In this document: positions 9,521 to 18,356 of the stretch, one piece after another
Layout: every line of letters begins with the position of its first letter
How positions within the stretch are numbered: the first letter of the stretch is position 1
From: a virus
IMG/VR virus record: IMGVR_UViG_3300022391_000001
Location: 1-64,000 of that record
DNA: 64,000 bases
Reading direction: 5' to 3' (one strand)
Program-made: the position numbers and the translations under genes
Notes under the pieces: generated by a model
Told to the model about the DNA's origin: nothing
Database searches by the model: none
Seen by the model: the letters and a program-made list of their open reading frames with translations, nothing else

Positions 9521-9934
9521 TCACAGCACCTCGTGCCAATCAACCAGCGGCTCCGCTTCCACCCACGCTTCTTTCTGGACAGGAGCTTCTGCCGCCTTGG
9601 TGACGGGCTCGTATTGGGTGACGCGGTGCACCTCCACAGACTCGCCAAACTCAAATCCGCCATCGGATTTGCGCTTGAACTTCAATGCATAATACTTGCA
9701 CGATGGTTTGCCTGTTGGCCCGTTGGTCTTGTACGCTTCAAAAACAGCCTGATCAGCCATCGTTTCCAGCATGTACACGCCGTCTTGCTCCAGCAAGTTG
9801 AGCTTCCGGCGCAAATAGGTGCTGCCGGAGTCGCTGAGTGCCTGAGTGAACATCCTCAGCGTCTCACCCTTGAGCATCGGCACGTTGGCCTTGTGAACCA
9901 CTGTCTTCATCGTCACGTTCATCAGTTGCCTCAT
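9521..9934 (-). CDS. Hypothetical head-associated protein (ends DWHEVL)
   Basis: Translationally coupled ORF in the late operon. Confidence 0.6.
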   Translation of the reverse strand: MRQLMNVTMKTVVHKANVPMLKGETLRMFTQALSDSGSTYLRRKLNLLEQDGVYMLETMADQAVFEAYKTNGPTGKPSCKYYALKFKRKSDGGFEFGESVEVHRVTQYEPVTKAAEAPVQKEAWVEAEPLVDWHEVL

Positions 9935-10227
9935 GGATACAAATCTGTTGGGTGGAATGGCGAGCCGATGACGATTTCATCCCCGCCGCCTGCTGTCAGC
10001 TCCTTGTAGAACGCCTGGAGCACATCTCCCGCCCTCGGCGCAACGAAAGTCTCGATGTTCAGCGTGTCCAACGGCGACCAACCGTGACGGACGTCATCGG
10101 GCTCGTACACCTGGCCGTTCCAAATCAGCCGGAATGAAGGGATGTAGAACGCCGACGGAGCCGTGAAGACGCGGTTGGCTCCGTCGGTGACTCCAGCCAG
10201 CACAAATATGTTGGACTCGCGTGCCAC
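9931..10227 (-). CDS. Small beta-sandwich structural protein
   Basis: GTG start after AGGAGG; DGANRVFT...WNGQ...APRAGDVLQAFY, similar to the C-terminal domain of 15800-16822. Confidence 0.6.
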   Translation of the reverse strand: MARESNIFVLAGVTDGANRVFTAPSAFYIPSFRLIWNGQVYEPDDVRHGWSPLDTLNIETFVAPRAGDVLQAFYKELTAGGGDEIVIGSPFHPTDLYP

Positions 10228-10249
10228 GGCACCCCTCCTGCTGGTGTTA

Positions 10250-10609
10250 TCATACCTGCGGTGTAGATTGAGGCCAAAACACACGCCCGGCGATGAATCC
10301 ACCGACCAATGGCCAAGCTGGCATCACGATCACCGGGATGGCCACATCCAACAGCAGGATTGCGATCAAGATCCCCCACAAGATAGCGATGCGCTCCCAC
10401 TTGTACACAACCCGGTCAACCGTCCAAAACAGATGGCCGGCAATCACACCCCAACCAAACGGGAGAATGGACCATTGCCACGCCCACCCAAGCAACACCT
10501 CGGACATGGTGTCGCCCTTCGGCGGTGTCGTGGCCACGACAACATCCCACGCGATGAGCACCAACGCCGCGCTGACCATAAGCCACTTGGTGATGTTGCG
10601 CTTGGTCAT
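10250..10609 (-). CDS. Small multi-pass membrane protein (holin-like candidate)
   Basis: 119 aa with 3-4 hydrophobic segments and an internal repeat (GVIAGHLFW / GFIAGRVFW). Confidence 0.55.
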   Translation of the reverse strand: MTKRNITKWLMVSAALVLIAWDVVVATTPPKGDTMSEVLLGWAWQWSILPFGWGVIAGHLFWTVDRVVYKWERIAILWGILIAILLLDVAIPVIVMPAWPLVGGFIAGRVFWPQSTPQV

Positions 10610-10836
10610 GAACCTCCCTTGGTGTCGATCAAAACGGCTGCGTGGAAGCGATTGCCCATGTGGCCAGTGAGCAGGTAGCTGTCCACCAGCTCGATGTTTT
10701 GGCCAGATGCTTGGGCAAATATTTCCTCCCACATATCCTGGAGACTGTCTGCCTCGATGTAGACAACATCAACCTTCTTGCTCTGATACTTCACATCAGG
10801 AGCGTCGCCGCTGATTTCTCGGACTCGTTTGACCAT
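10606..10836 (-). CDS. Hypothetical protein
   Basis: Coupled ORF (MVKRVREISG...). Confidence 0.5.
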   Translation of the reverse strand: MVKRVREISGDAPDVKYQSKKVDVVYIEADSLQDMWEEIFAQASGQNIELVDSYLLTGHMGNRFHAAVLIDTKGGS

Positions 10837-11573
10837 CAGGTGATATTCCTCCGCCCGATGAACATCACCCAACAAACGTCCAGCTGTTCAGTCGAGCCGT
10901 GATCGACCGTGACCTTGTACTTCCACTGCGGGAACATTGGCTTGGCAACGATCTCGGGCACAGTCAGCGCCAGGTGACACAGCGGGGTGATGACCACCTG
11001 TCTCCCGAGCGTCACCACCCCGTCGATGAGGTTGTAGCCCCCCTCCTGTGCCGCGTTCAACGAGCAAACGTGTTCGTCATAGTCATAGTCGAACCAACCG
11101 CTGTTGCCTCCGGCGGCTGGGACGGGCGTGACCTTGGGGAAGCTGACGTTGGCGTTTAGCGTCTCTGCGAGGTTCAGGTCCCAATCCCCGTCCACTGCCG
11201 GTGCTGGGACAAAGATGCTCAACCCTCCGCCGATGGCGACCTTGTTGTAGGCACCGGCTCCGGGGTTGCTCGTGCCCGCCGTTGCCGGCGCGAAGGTTTC
11301 CATGGACACCCAATCGGTTGGTTTTTGGCCGGCGGAGGTGATTTGCCCTCCGGCCATCCAGACGGTGTCCATGTATTGCCATTCCAAGGTGAGTTGTTCC
11401 ACGGCCAAGGACTCGATGTGGAAGCGGTCCCCGTCGTATCTCACCCCGTTGGCGACATCGTCACCAATCCCCACGTACTGCGCAAGCACGCCGGGTGGAA
11501 ACATGTTGGCCACCAGATATGCGACCCCTTCAAGGGTCTTTGCCGGTGGTGATTCGATGACTCCGCGTGGCAT
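10836..11573 (-). CDS. Hypothetical virion protein
   Basis: 245 aa coupled ORF. Confidence 0.6.
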   Translation of the reverse strand: MPRGVIESPPAKTLEGVAYLVANMFPPGVLAQYVGIGDDVANGVRYDGDRFHIESLAVEQLTLEWQYMDTVWMAGGQITSAGQKPTDWVSMETFAPATAGTSNPGAGAYNKVAIGGGLSIFVPAPAVDGDWDLNLAETLNANVSFPKVTPVPAAGGNSGWFDYDYDEHVCSLNAAQEGGYNLIDGVVTLGRQVVITPLCHLALTVPEIVAKPMFPQWKYKVTVDHGSTEQLDVCWVMFIGRRNIT

Positions 11574-12814
11574 CAGGTCACCTCATAGACTCGGCCAAAG
11601 AGATATGCCTTCATCTCATTCAAGCCGGTCAGATTGTCCTGGATGGTGAAGCGGATGGCGTCGTTGGACCCTCCGCGCAAGGTGAGACGGGGCTTCAGGT
11701 AGAATGTCGCCACCACGAGATCCTTGCCTCCGGCGTCATAGGCATCATCGATCGCTTGGCCGTCATCGCACCAAGCAATCAAGTCCGAATTGGTCTGTGC
11801 CGTGAAGAACTCATGAAGATCTCCATCCTGTGAACGGACTTCCACGAGCACCCCGTTGGTCAGCTGCGCCAATCCGCCAAAATTCTTCAGCACAGCCGCG
11901 TTGTCGTCACGCACAAAGATGATCATCTTGTCGGCGACAAAAGTCTTAGCTCCAGCCCTGAGCTCAAAGCGCTTCGGCGTCGTTGAGCCGTCCACATTCA
12001 TGTTGGTGGCACCGGCTGATGTTTGCCCATAGGTGATCGCGGTAGGGAAGCCAAAAGCCGCGTTGGCCCCTCCGGCTGTGACCTGGATTGACTTGGTGGC
12101 CCCGAATTCAACTGTTTCGATGCGCAAATCGGTGTCGTCAACCACAAACACATCAGCACCGGCAATGTCCACGAGCCCGGGGACTTCCGATGCATAATAG
12201 TTGTTGGCAGCCAACCCGTTTACAGCGAAACCACCGACCGTGGGGTCCAATTTCAAGAACAGCGCGCAGTCATCGCCACCCTTACGCGCCGTCACAGCGG
12301 AGGTGGCGCCTGTAGTCGCTGACGTGATCAAGAACCGTTGCGGATACGCAGCTGTGTTCCATTGGCACGTCACGCCGGTCCCGTTGGGAACGATAGCTTG
12401 GATTTGCGTCTGGATGGCGGAAGCTATGGCTGTGTATGATGTCAGATTTTTGCCGATCTTGATCTCTTCTTCAACCCCTCCATCGATGCTGATCTTGATT
12501 TTCTCTGTGCCGCCGTTGAGGGATGGATACTGCCCTGAGACAAAGATCCCCGCCGTCGCCGCCCTCGTGGGGAATGCCTGTGGGTCCGAGGTCCCGTTGA
12601 TGGCGATGGTCAGTGTGGTCCCGCCGATGTTGTACGGCTCGGAGTTGCCCGACTCCACGACGGCTGGTTGATCCGCTTCGATGACTGTCTGTCGCTCCCA
12701 CTCGAATGCAGATGCCTCCGATGCATCTTGCACAAAGACCGGGTTTTGTGGCTCGTGACCACGCTCTTGCCCGGTGGAGTCGTGAAGCACTGCTGCTGGA
12801 GATTCACCGGCCAT
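11573..12814 (-). CDS. Putative structural/decoration protein
   Basis: G/T/A-rich beta protein (RFLITSATTGATSAVT) in the late operon. Confidence 0.6.
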   Translation of the reverse strand: MAGESPAAVLHDSTGQERGHEPQNPVFVQDASEASAFEWERQTVIEADQPAVVESGNSEPYNIGGTTLTIAINGTSDPQAFPTRAATAGIFVSGQYPSLNGGTEKIKISIDGGVEEEIKIGKNLTSYTAIASAIQTQIQAIVPNGTGVTCQWNTAAYPQRFLITSATTGATSAVTARKGGDDCALFLKLDPTVGGFAVNGLAANNYYASEVPGLVDIAGADVFVVDDTDLRIETVEFGATKSIQVTAGGANAAFGFPTAITYGQTSAGATNMNVDGSTTPKRFELRAGAKTFVADKMIIFVRDDNAAVLKNFGGLAQLTNGVLVEVRSQDGDLHEFFTAQTNSDLIAWCDDGQAIDDAYDAGGKDLVVATFYLKPRLTLRGGSNDAIRFTIQDNLTGLNEMKAYLFGRVYEVT

Positions 12815-13302
12815 TATGCGATTGTCCTTGTCCGGGATGTCTCGAACACACCCGTGTACACGATCACGTCGGTGACGGTGCAAAGAACCGTCGTGCCGTC
12901 GGTGTCATACATCTTCCACACGATTGGTGTGGGCTTGACGTTGGTCCCCGTTCCTGTACGTGTGATGGTCTTCTCCACAATTTTCTGCGTCTTTGAAGCG
13001 GATTCCCACCATATGATACTGGTCGGAAAGGCATCCCCGGCGGGCAAGGTCTCCTTGTACGCGCCCGACGCGAAGCTACATGCTGGCCCCTCGTCAATGA
13101 AGTGGATCAATGCCCGCAGCGCCTCGTGGAAGCTCTCATCGACTTCCCGAGGGTTGAACACGCCCAATTGATCCTTCAGCCGGAAGTTGCCGGGGGTGAC
13201 ATAGCGCGTCGCCCCTTCATCGGCAGGGTCGCTCGCCTGAGTAGACAGCAACACCTCTGTCTCTTCACGCGTCCCCGGAAACCTGTCAGGAGTCCTGGGC
13301 AT
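12814..13302 (-). CDS. Hypothetical virion protein
   Basis: 162 aa coupled ORF. Confidence 0.55.
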   Translation of the reverse strand: MPRTPDRFPGTREETEVLLSTQASDPADEGATRYVTPGNFRLKDQLGVFNPREVDESFHEALRALIHFIDEGPACSFASGAYKETLPAGDAFPTSIIWWESASKTQKIVEKTITRTGTGTNVKPTPIVWKMYDTDGTTVLCTVTDVIVYTGVFETSRTRTIA

Positions 13303-13838
13303 CAGACACCCTTTCTCGCCAGCGAGGTGCCCGGCTCCGGTGTTTTCGGCGTTGGCGTGGATAGTCCCTTGGCCTGCTCCCGGCGCGCTGCTATATCGGC
13401 AGCGGCGCTGATTTGTGGGCGCCCTCGGGCGTCAATCTCCCCCTGCTCCATCGCCGCCGCTACAGCCTCCACGCTCTGGCGCGTCGCCTGGTACTGCTTT
13501 TGGACGTGATCCGATATCCGCTGGGTGGCCATCAGCTCACCCCGCTTGATCAGGTGGTTGGTGTGCGCGGTGTCGATCAGGCTCTGGAGCGAGCCGATGC
13601 ACCGGTCAATCACCTTCATCGCCAGCTCGCAATCAGCCATCGAGATCTGACCAGACTCCACCTGCTTCTGGTAATACTCCCGATGGCTCTTGTTCATCAC
13701 ATCGGCGACCTTCTTCAATGCCTCCACGCCGCCATCGAGCCGCGCAACATCCCGGCGCACCTCCGCGTCCATCTCCTGAAGATGCTTGCCCCATGATTGG
13801 GCAAGCGCCATCTTCAACTCCGCCTTGTCCAAATTCAT
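13302..13838 (-). CDS. Hypothetical helical/coiled-coil protein
   Basis: 178 aa coupled ORF. Confidence 0.55.
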   Translation of the reverse strand: MNLDKAELKMALAQSWGKHLQEMDAEVRRDVARLDGGVEALKKVADVMNKSHREYYQKQVESGQISMADCELAMKVIDRCIGSLQSLIDTAHTNHLIKRGELMATQRISDHVQKQYQATRQSVEAVAAAMEQGEIDARGRPQISAAADIAARREQAKGLSTPTPKTPEPGTSLARKGV

Positions 13839-13850
13839 CCAACAGTCCTA

Positions 13851-15773
13851 TCAGACGCCAGCCCACACCACCTGGGTGATCACGTCTGGATTGCCCGGGC
13901 TCCCCTGTAACCCGAATTCAAACTTGAGCTGCGTCCCTGTGCTGCCCGGATACACGTCATGGTTGGCAGCGGCGTCGGCGCCACAGCGGAGTAGGATGCC
14001 GTTGAGATAGATGTCGACATCGTTGACAAAGGTGACCGCAGACATGTCGGCGAAGTCGAGGTCCACGTTGTTTGCGCTGGCTGGCCCACCAACGTCGGTG
14101 TCCGCCGAGATGGATGAGGCAGTCACCACTGCGACCTTCTTGGTGTGCGTCAATCCACCAACATTCTTGGCTTGCGCAATGGCATTGAGCAGGGAAACCT
14201 CGCCAAACTCCGTCTTGAAGTCATCCCACTCAGCTTGGGTTTCTGACAGCTTGATGCCTGTGGTCTGCGCCCACGTTGAACCCACCTGGTTGCTGTCGTC
14301 CAGCAGCATCTCCCCGGCGCCAAACAGCCGGAGGTCATTTGCCCCGGTGGACTCGATGGTGCCCGCTGTGACTCCGATGTCGATCTCTTGGCCCGAGGTG
14401 TTTGCCTTGATGCCTTGGGCAAAGTCATTCTCCGCCGCGTCCACGTTGAAGGTGTCGACGTCGGTGTTGATTTGGACCTGCGAGGTCCCTCCGGCGGAGC
14501 CCTCCACGACGCTGAGGAGCGGATCGGAGTTGGCATCCCTGAACAACCAATCGGAATTGGCCGCCAAATCCACAAAGATGTCTGTGGTCTGTACTACAGG
14601 TGTGGCTCCTTGATTGTCTATAGCCGTCTGAAGCGTGACGGTGACCGATGCCCGCTCATCGGTGAAAGCGACAAACGGAAACCCACAATCCTCTGGGATG
14701 GTGTCGAGGGTCACCCGCTTGGCGTAGATGTATTCAATCTGCTTCCCGCCGATGTCCTGCCCCGGGCAAGGCTCGATGGTGTCGGCGTCGGTGATGCGAT
14801 AGAAGCTGATCTGGCACTGCTTGTCTGTGTCATTGAAGGTGTCGCCGTTGGCGACTCCGCTTTCAGCCTGGAACAGACCAACAATCTGGCGCCCGTCACT
14901 GGTGAGGCCGTCATGTGTGCTTTGGTCTCGGATCATGACCGATGACTTCGGCGCGATAGCCGATGATCCAGCGACCAAGGCTGAGTCCCAAGCGCCAACG
15001 TCGCCGCTGAGCACTGCCACGATAGCACCCAGCGCGTTGCCCGCGTCCACCGCCGCAACGTCGCTCGGAGTCTCAGACGCCGTGGCACTTAGCACCACGA
15101 CATCCCCGGCTCCACCGCTGAGGCCTGATACGCTGAACCCCACATTGGTCACAGTCTCTGTGACGGCGTTGTTGGCGTGTGTCCCGGCGCGATCGGCGGT
15201 CAATGTGACCGTCGCCGCTCCGCCGTTGCTTGCCGTAACATACAACGCCGGAGCGTTGCCGATGGCGGTGATGATGGCGTCGCGCACATCGTCGGCGGTC
15301 AAGCTCCCGGTGATCACGACCTGGCGCAGCGTGTTGGTCTCGACCACAGAGCTGTTGTTATCAAACTCAAAAGTCACCGCCGGATTGACTCCGTCATCGA
15401 TGGTGAAGCTCTCACCGTCGACAAGGAGCGAGTCTGCGATGGTCGTGATCGAGCCTGTGGCATAGACTGCGGCAGGGACTGTGATGGATTCCAGCTTCTG
15501 AACACCACACAGGATCCGATGCTCTTCAAGATCATCGAGGTCCGTGTTCAGTTCCGTGAGGCCACGCTTCTTGGTGTTCACCGTGGCGACATCGTCATAC
15601 CAATTCCCGCCGCCTGCTGCTTTCAAGATCCGGTTCAGCTGAGACCGGATATTGTTCATGTCGTTTTGCAGATTGACCGCTGCCGACTCCATCGTGGCCC
15701 CGGCGGCGATATTGTCGGTGTAGGTGATGCTGCGACGGATCTGTTCATCCTGGCGAGCGTATGTGCGGCCCAT
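13851..15773 (-). CDS. Putative fibre/decoration structural protein (paralog of 15800-16822)
   Basis: 640 aa; shares SQLxRI...GNWYDD and QISFxR motifs with the upstream gene. Confidence 0.65.
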   Translation of the reverse strand: MGRTYARQDEQIRRSITYTDNIAAGATMESAAVNLQNDMNNIRSQLNRILKAAGGGNWYDDVATVNTKKRGLTELNTDLDDLEEHRILCGVQKLESITVPAAVYATGSITTIADSLLVDGESFTIDDGVNPAVTFEFDNNSSVVETNTLRQVVITGSLTADDVRDAIITAIGNAPALYVTASNGGAATVTLTADRAGTHANNAVTETVTNVGFSVSGLSGGAGDVVVLSATASETPSDVAAVDAGNALGAIVAVLSGDVGAWDSALVAGSSAIAPKSSVMIRDQSTHDGLTSDGRQIVGLFQAESGVANGDTFNDTDKQCQISFYRITDADTIEPCPGQDIGGKQIEYIYAKRVTLDTIPEDCGFPFVAFTDERASVTVTLQTAIDNQGATPVVQTTDIFVDLAANSDWLFRDANSDPLLSVVEGSAGGTSQVQINTDVDTFNVDAAENDFAQGIKANTSGQEIDIGVTAGTIESTGANDLRLFGAGEMLLDDSNQVGSTWAQTTGIKLSETQAEWDDFKTEFGEVSLLNAIAQAKNVGGLTHTKKVAVVTASSISADTDVGGPASANNVDLDFADMSAVTFVNDVDIYLNGILLRCGADAAANHDVYPGSTGTQLKFEFGLQGSPGNPDVITQVVWAGV

Positions 15774-15799
15774 GGTGTCTACCTTTCCGTTGGCGCCGA

Positions 15800-16822
15800 T
15801 CAGGCTACAGCGTAGTCAAATAATAATTGATCCTCTGCGATAGGAGCGAACACGAGAGTCACTGTGTCATATCCCGTCCCCACTCCGCCACTCTCCGATG
15901 TGGTGTAATCATTTGACGCTCCCTTTGCCATTCGCATCCCATTGACGTGAACCTGTATCGTGTTGTCGTCAAAATTCTCCGGCGCAGTGTAGACTGTGTT
16001 CACTCCGTTCTGGACTCCTGCCGGAGCTACGTTGAACCGGAATGTGCCTGAATCTGGCCGTGCATAGCCTCCGCCGACATCGGTCCTGAATGCCTCTTCA
16101 GGGGTGGAGCCTAGCTCTGTCCTCCTGCTGTAAGCATAGACGATGGTGCGGCCTTGAACGTCGGCGATCGCCGCCGCTTCAAAGCTGTCGAATGTTGAAT
16201 CATATCGGATGAAGCTGATCTGTCCAAGATCATTGCTGTGCGTCGCAAAGGCGTTGCCGTCTGTCGCAGCGGCTCCGACCTGTAGCAACCCCCACACCGG
16301 CTTGCCGTCGCTGAAGAGCCCTTCGCCTGTATCCCCGTTGAACACAGCCACAAGGTTCTTGGGTTGGATGGTCACTTCGCCCGAGATTTGATCCAGCGAA
16401 TGAACACCGACGGGGGTGGACAGCTGTGCAGCGACTGCGCCCAGCGTCGTGGCAGCGATGGCGATGGAGTCGACCGGAAGCGCTCCGGCGGCGGTGATGG
16501 TCACATAGTTCTGCCCCGGCGGCACCACGAGATCACCCAGGATGAAACGCCAGCTGAGGATGGGCTTCTCATCGACTTGTGTGAGCCCGTCCAACAGGCC
16601 ATACAGCGAAGCGTCGGCGCCGTGAATTGATGCTGGATCATCGTACCAGTTGCCAGCTTGATCGCCGTGGATGATTCGCTTGAGCTGGCTGAGCAACGCT
16701 TCTTGGAACTGTGCATAATCAGCGGATGCACCCTCCGAGGCAGCGACCTGGGCAGCTGTCTTCTGGTCGTCAAAGCTGTCTGGCTTCGCAAGCGAGTCCA
16801 GACGTTGTAATGAGGTGCCCAT
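15800..16822 (-). CDS. Putative fibre/decoration structural protein
   Basis: 340 aa; C-terminal NGVNTVYT...VHVNG...DYT...FAP domain. Confidence 0.65.
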   Translation of the reverse strand: MGTSLQRLDSLAKPDSFDDQKTAAQVAASEGASADYAQFQEALLSQLKRIIHGDQAGNWYDDPASIHGADASLYGLLDGLTQVDEKPILSWRFILGDLVVPPGQNYVTITAAGALPVDSIAIAATTLGAVAAQLSTPVGVHSLDQISGEVTIQPKNLVAVFNGDTGEGLFSDGKPVWGLLQVGAAATDGNAFATHSNDLGQISFIRYDSTFDSFEAAAIADVQGRTIVYAYSRRTELGSTPEEAFRTDVGGGYARPDSGTFRFNVAPAGVQNGVNTVYTAPENFDDNTIQVHVNGMRMAKGASNDYTTSESGGVGTGYDTVTLVFAPIAEDQLLFDYAVA

Positions 16823-16837
16823 GCCATCTCCCGAGCA

Positions 16838-17290
16838 TCAAGCATATGGATTATAGCGCTGCCTACCGGGTTTGGATAACGTCGCCCGCATCGATGGCTG
16901 CGCCTGGTGGACCATGATTGTCACGGCCACTTCCCCGGCAAAGCACACAATCTTTTCACCTCCACGGATTTTGGCATCAGGGTCGCTGCCGACCACCTCC
17001 AAGTGAAAGAATGTCCTTTCAAACCCCTCGGGCTTGGTCAGGGAATACTGGATGCCCGTGGTGCAGTTTGAGCTCTGGTCTATCCGGCCGCACTTTGCGC
17101 ACGCGATGTGTGCCGACTTATGGCACTTGGGACACCGATGTTTCTTGGTGTGGCGCTGCGCTATGGTGACGCCGGTGATGGACTGCTGGAAATCGGGATC
17201 TTTGAGGCGTTGCAGCCATTCTTTCGCCTGCGCCTCATCCGTCAAGTCTATCCTTGCGGTGATCCCGTCGCGCGTGTGGACCTTGAGCAC
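16838..17290 (-). CDS. Hypothetical zinc-finger protein
   Basis: CPKC...CAKC motifs. Confidence 0.55.
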   Translation of the reverse strand: MLKVHTRDGITARIDLTDEAQAKEWLQRLKDPDFQQSITGVTIAQRHTKKHRCPKCHKSAHIACAKCGRIDQSSNCTTGIQYSLTKPEGFERTFFHLEVVGSDPDAKIRGGEKIVCFAGEVAVTIMVHQAQPSMRATLSKPGRQRYNPYA

Positions 17291-17343
17291 ACAGCCTCCC
17301 CATTGGGCCTAAGCCAAGCAAGGATAATGGCCATGCAGAGCAA

Positions 17344-17676
17344 TCAGCTCTGATTCTCGCCGTCAACGGGCGGTGCTTCGGGCTGCGCCGTGGCGGCGCG
17401 ACGTTGCGCAGCCGTTGGTTTGGCCGAGGCACGCACGGGAGCTTCCGGCGCCTTCACCTTGGCGACCTGCTTTTTGGACTCGTCAAATGGCACGAGCACC
17501 AGCTTGGCCGCAAACTTCTTGTGCTTCTTTTGGATGTGCGCCAGCTCATCGGCGGTCAACTGCTTCAAGGAACCAGGCACGAAATGAAGCGCCCCTGGAA
17601 CAGAGCGCTCACACCCTTTGCCGAAGTCATCGACCTGGCAAGGGCTTGCGTGTTGAGATACTTGCACCAGTGGCAT
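17344..17676 (-). CDS. Hypothetical protein
   Basis: 110 aa ORF with GGAGG RBS. Confidence 0.55.
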   Translation of the reverse strand: MPLVQVSQHASPCQVDDFGKGCERSVPGALHFVPGSLKQLTADELAHIQKKHKKFAAKLVLVPFDESKKQVAKVKAPEAPVRASAKPTAAQRRAATAQPEAPPVDGENQS

Positions 17677-17710
17677 TTAGGCCCCTCCAGTTCAGGTCAT
17701 TCCGCAGCCA

Positions 17711-18265
17711 TCACTTGGTGGTCAATATGGTCAATATGAGCTCAGTCACGGTGCCAGTGTCATCCAACCCCAATTCCTTCGCCACTTTCTGCAGCTCCGC
17801 CTTTTTCATGCGCTTCAATTCAGCTTCGCTGTAGTCGCTCGCTGACTTCGGCGTCACTCGTGATGCCGGTGGCAACACAGGCTCCGGCTTGGTCTTGGGT
17901 TTGGTTTTGGCTGGCTGGGGAGCAGGCGGTGCCGGCTCGGGCTCCGTCTCGGAATCATCCTCCGGCTCGGGCTCGGAATCATCCTCCGGCTCGGGCTCGG
18001 GATCATCCTCCGGCTCGGGCTCGGGCTCGGGCTCCGACTTGATCTTGGGCTCCAGAGGTGTCGCCTTTTCCTGCTTCGGCTTGGGCGGCGTGAACCGTTT
18101 GTCCTTGCCGTTGTCGAGGATGGTCACCACAAAGCCCGACTGGCTCTGATAATACATGATCTCAGAGACAGTGGTGAGAATCTGCGGGGAACCCCGCTTG
18201 AACCTGCGCCCCTCGTGCTCGTGGGTCAAGCTGCCGCGCAGCTCCACCCGTGCTCTTGTCGCCAT
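17711..18265 (-). CDS. Protein with Pro/Glu linker and C-terminal HeH/Rho-N-like helical domain
   Basis: C-terminus YSEAELKRMKKAELQKVAKELGL...ELI; position directly after MCP. Confidence 0.65.
   Translation of the reverse strand: MATRARVELRGSLTHEHEGRRFKRGSPQILTTVSEIMYYQSQSGFVVTILDNGKDKRFTPPKPKQEKATPLEPKIKSEPEPEPEPEDDPEPEPEDDSEPEPEDDSETEPEPAPPAPQPAKTKPKTKPEPVLPPASRVTPKSASDYSEAELKRMKKAELQKVAKELGLDDTGTVTELILTILTTK
17934..18036. repeat. Coding tandem repeat (~24 nt unit, EPEPEDDx)
   Basis: ggctcgggctcggaatcatcctcc-like unit about 3 times, plus ggctcg hexamers. Confidence 0.85.
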
Positions 18266-18318
18266 CTTGAGAATCCTCCAAGCAATGGCTAGCCGTCAAA
18301 CCAGTGGTGGAATAGGCA

Positions 18319-18337
18319 GGGCGCGCGTCGCGCGCCC
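18319..18337 (-). terminator. Hairpin after the major capsid gene
   Basis: GGGCGCGCG-T-CGCGCGCCC palindrome 20 nt past the MCP stop; no strong U-tract. Confidence 0.45.
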
Positions 18338-18356
18338 AAGCCCGTCCACGGTTTTG

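Noticed and set aside
9931-16822. Diversity-generating retroelement acting on fibre genes
   Set aside because: No reverse transcriptase and no TR/VR nucleotide pair with adenine-specific differences were seen.
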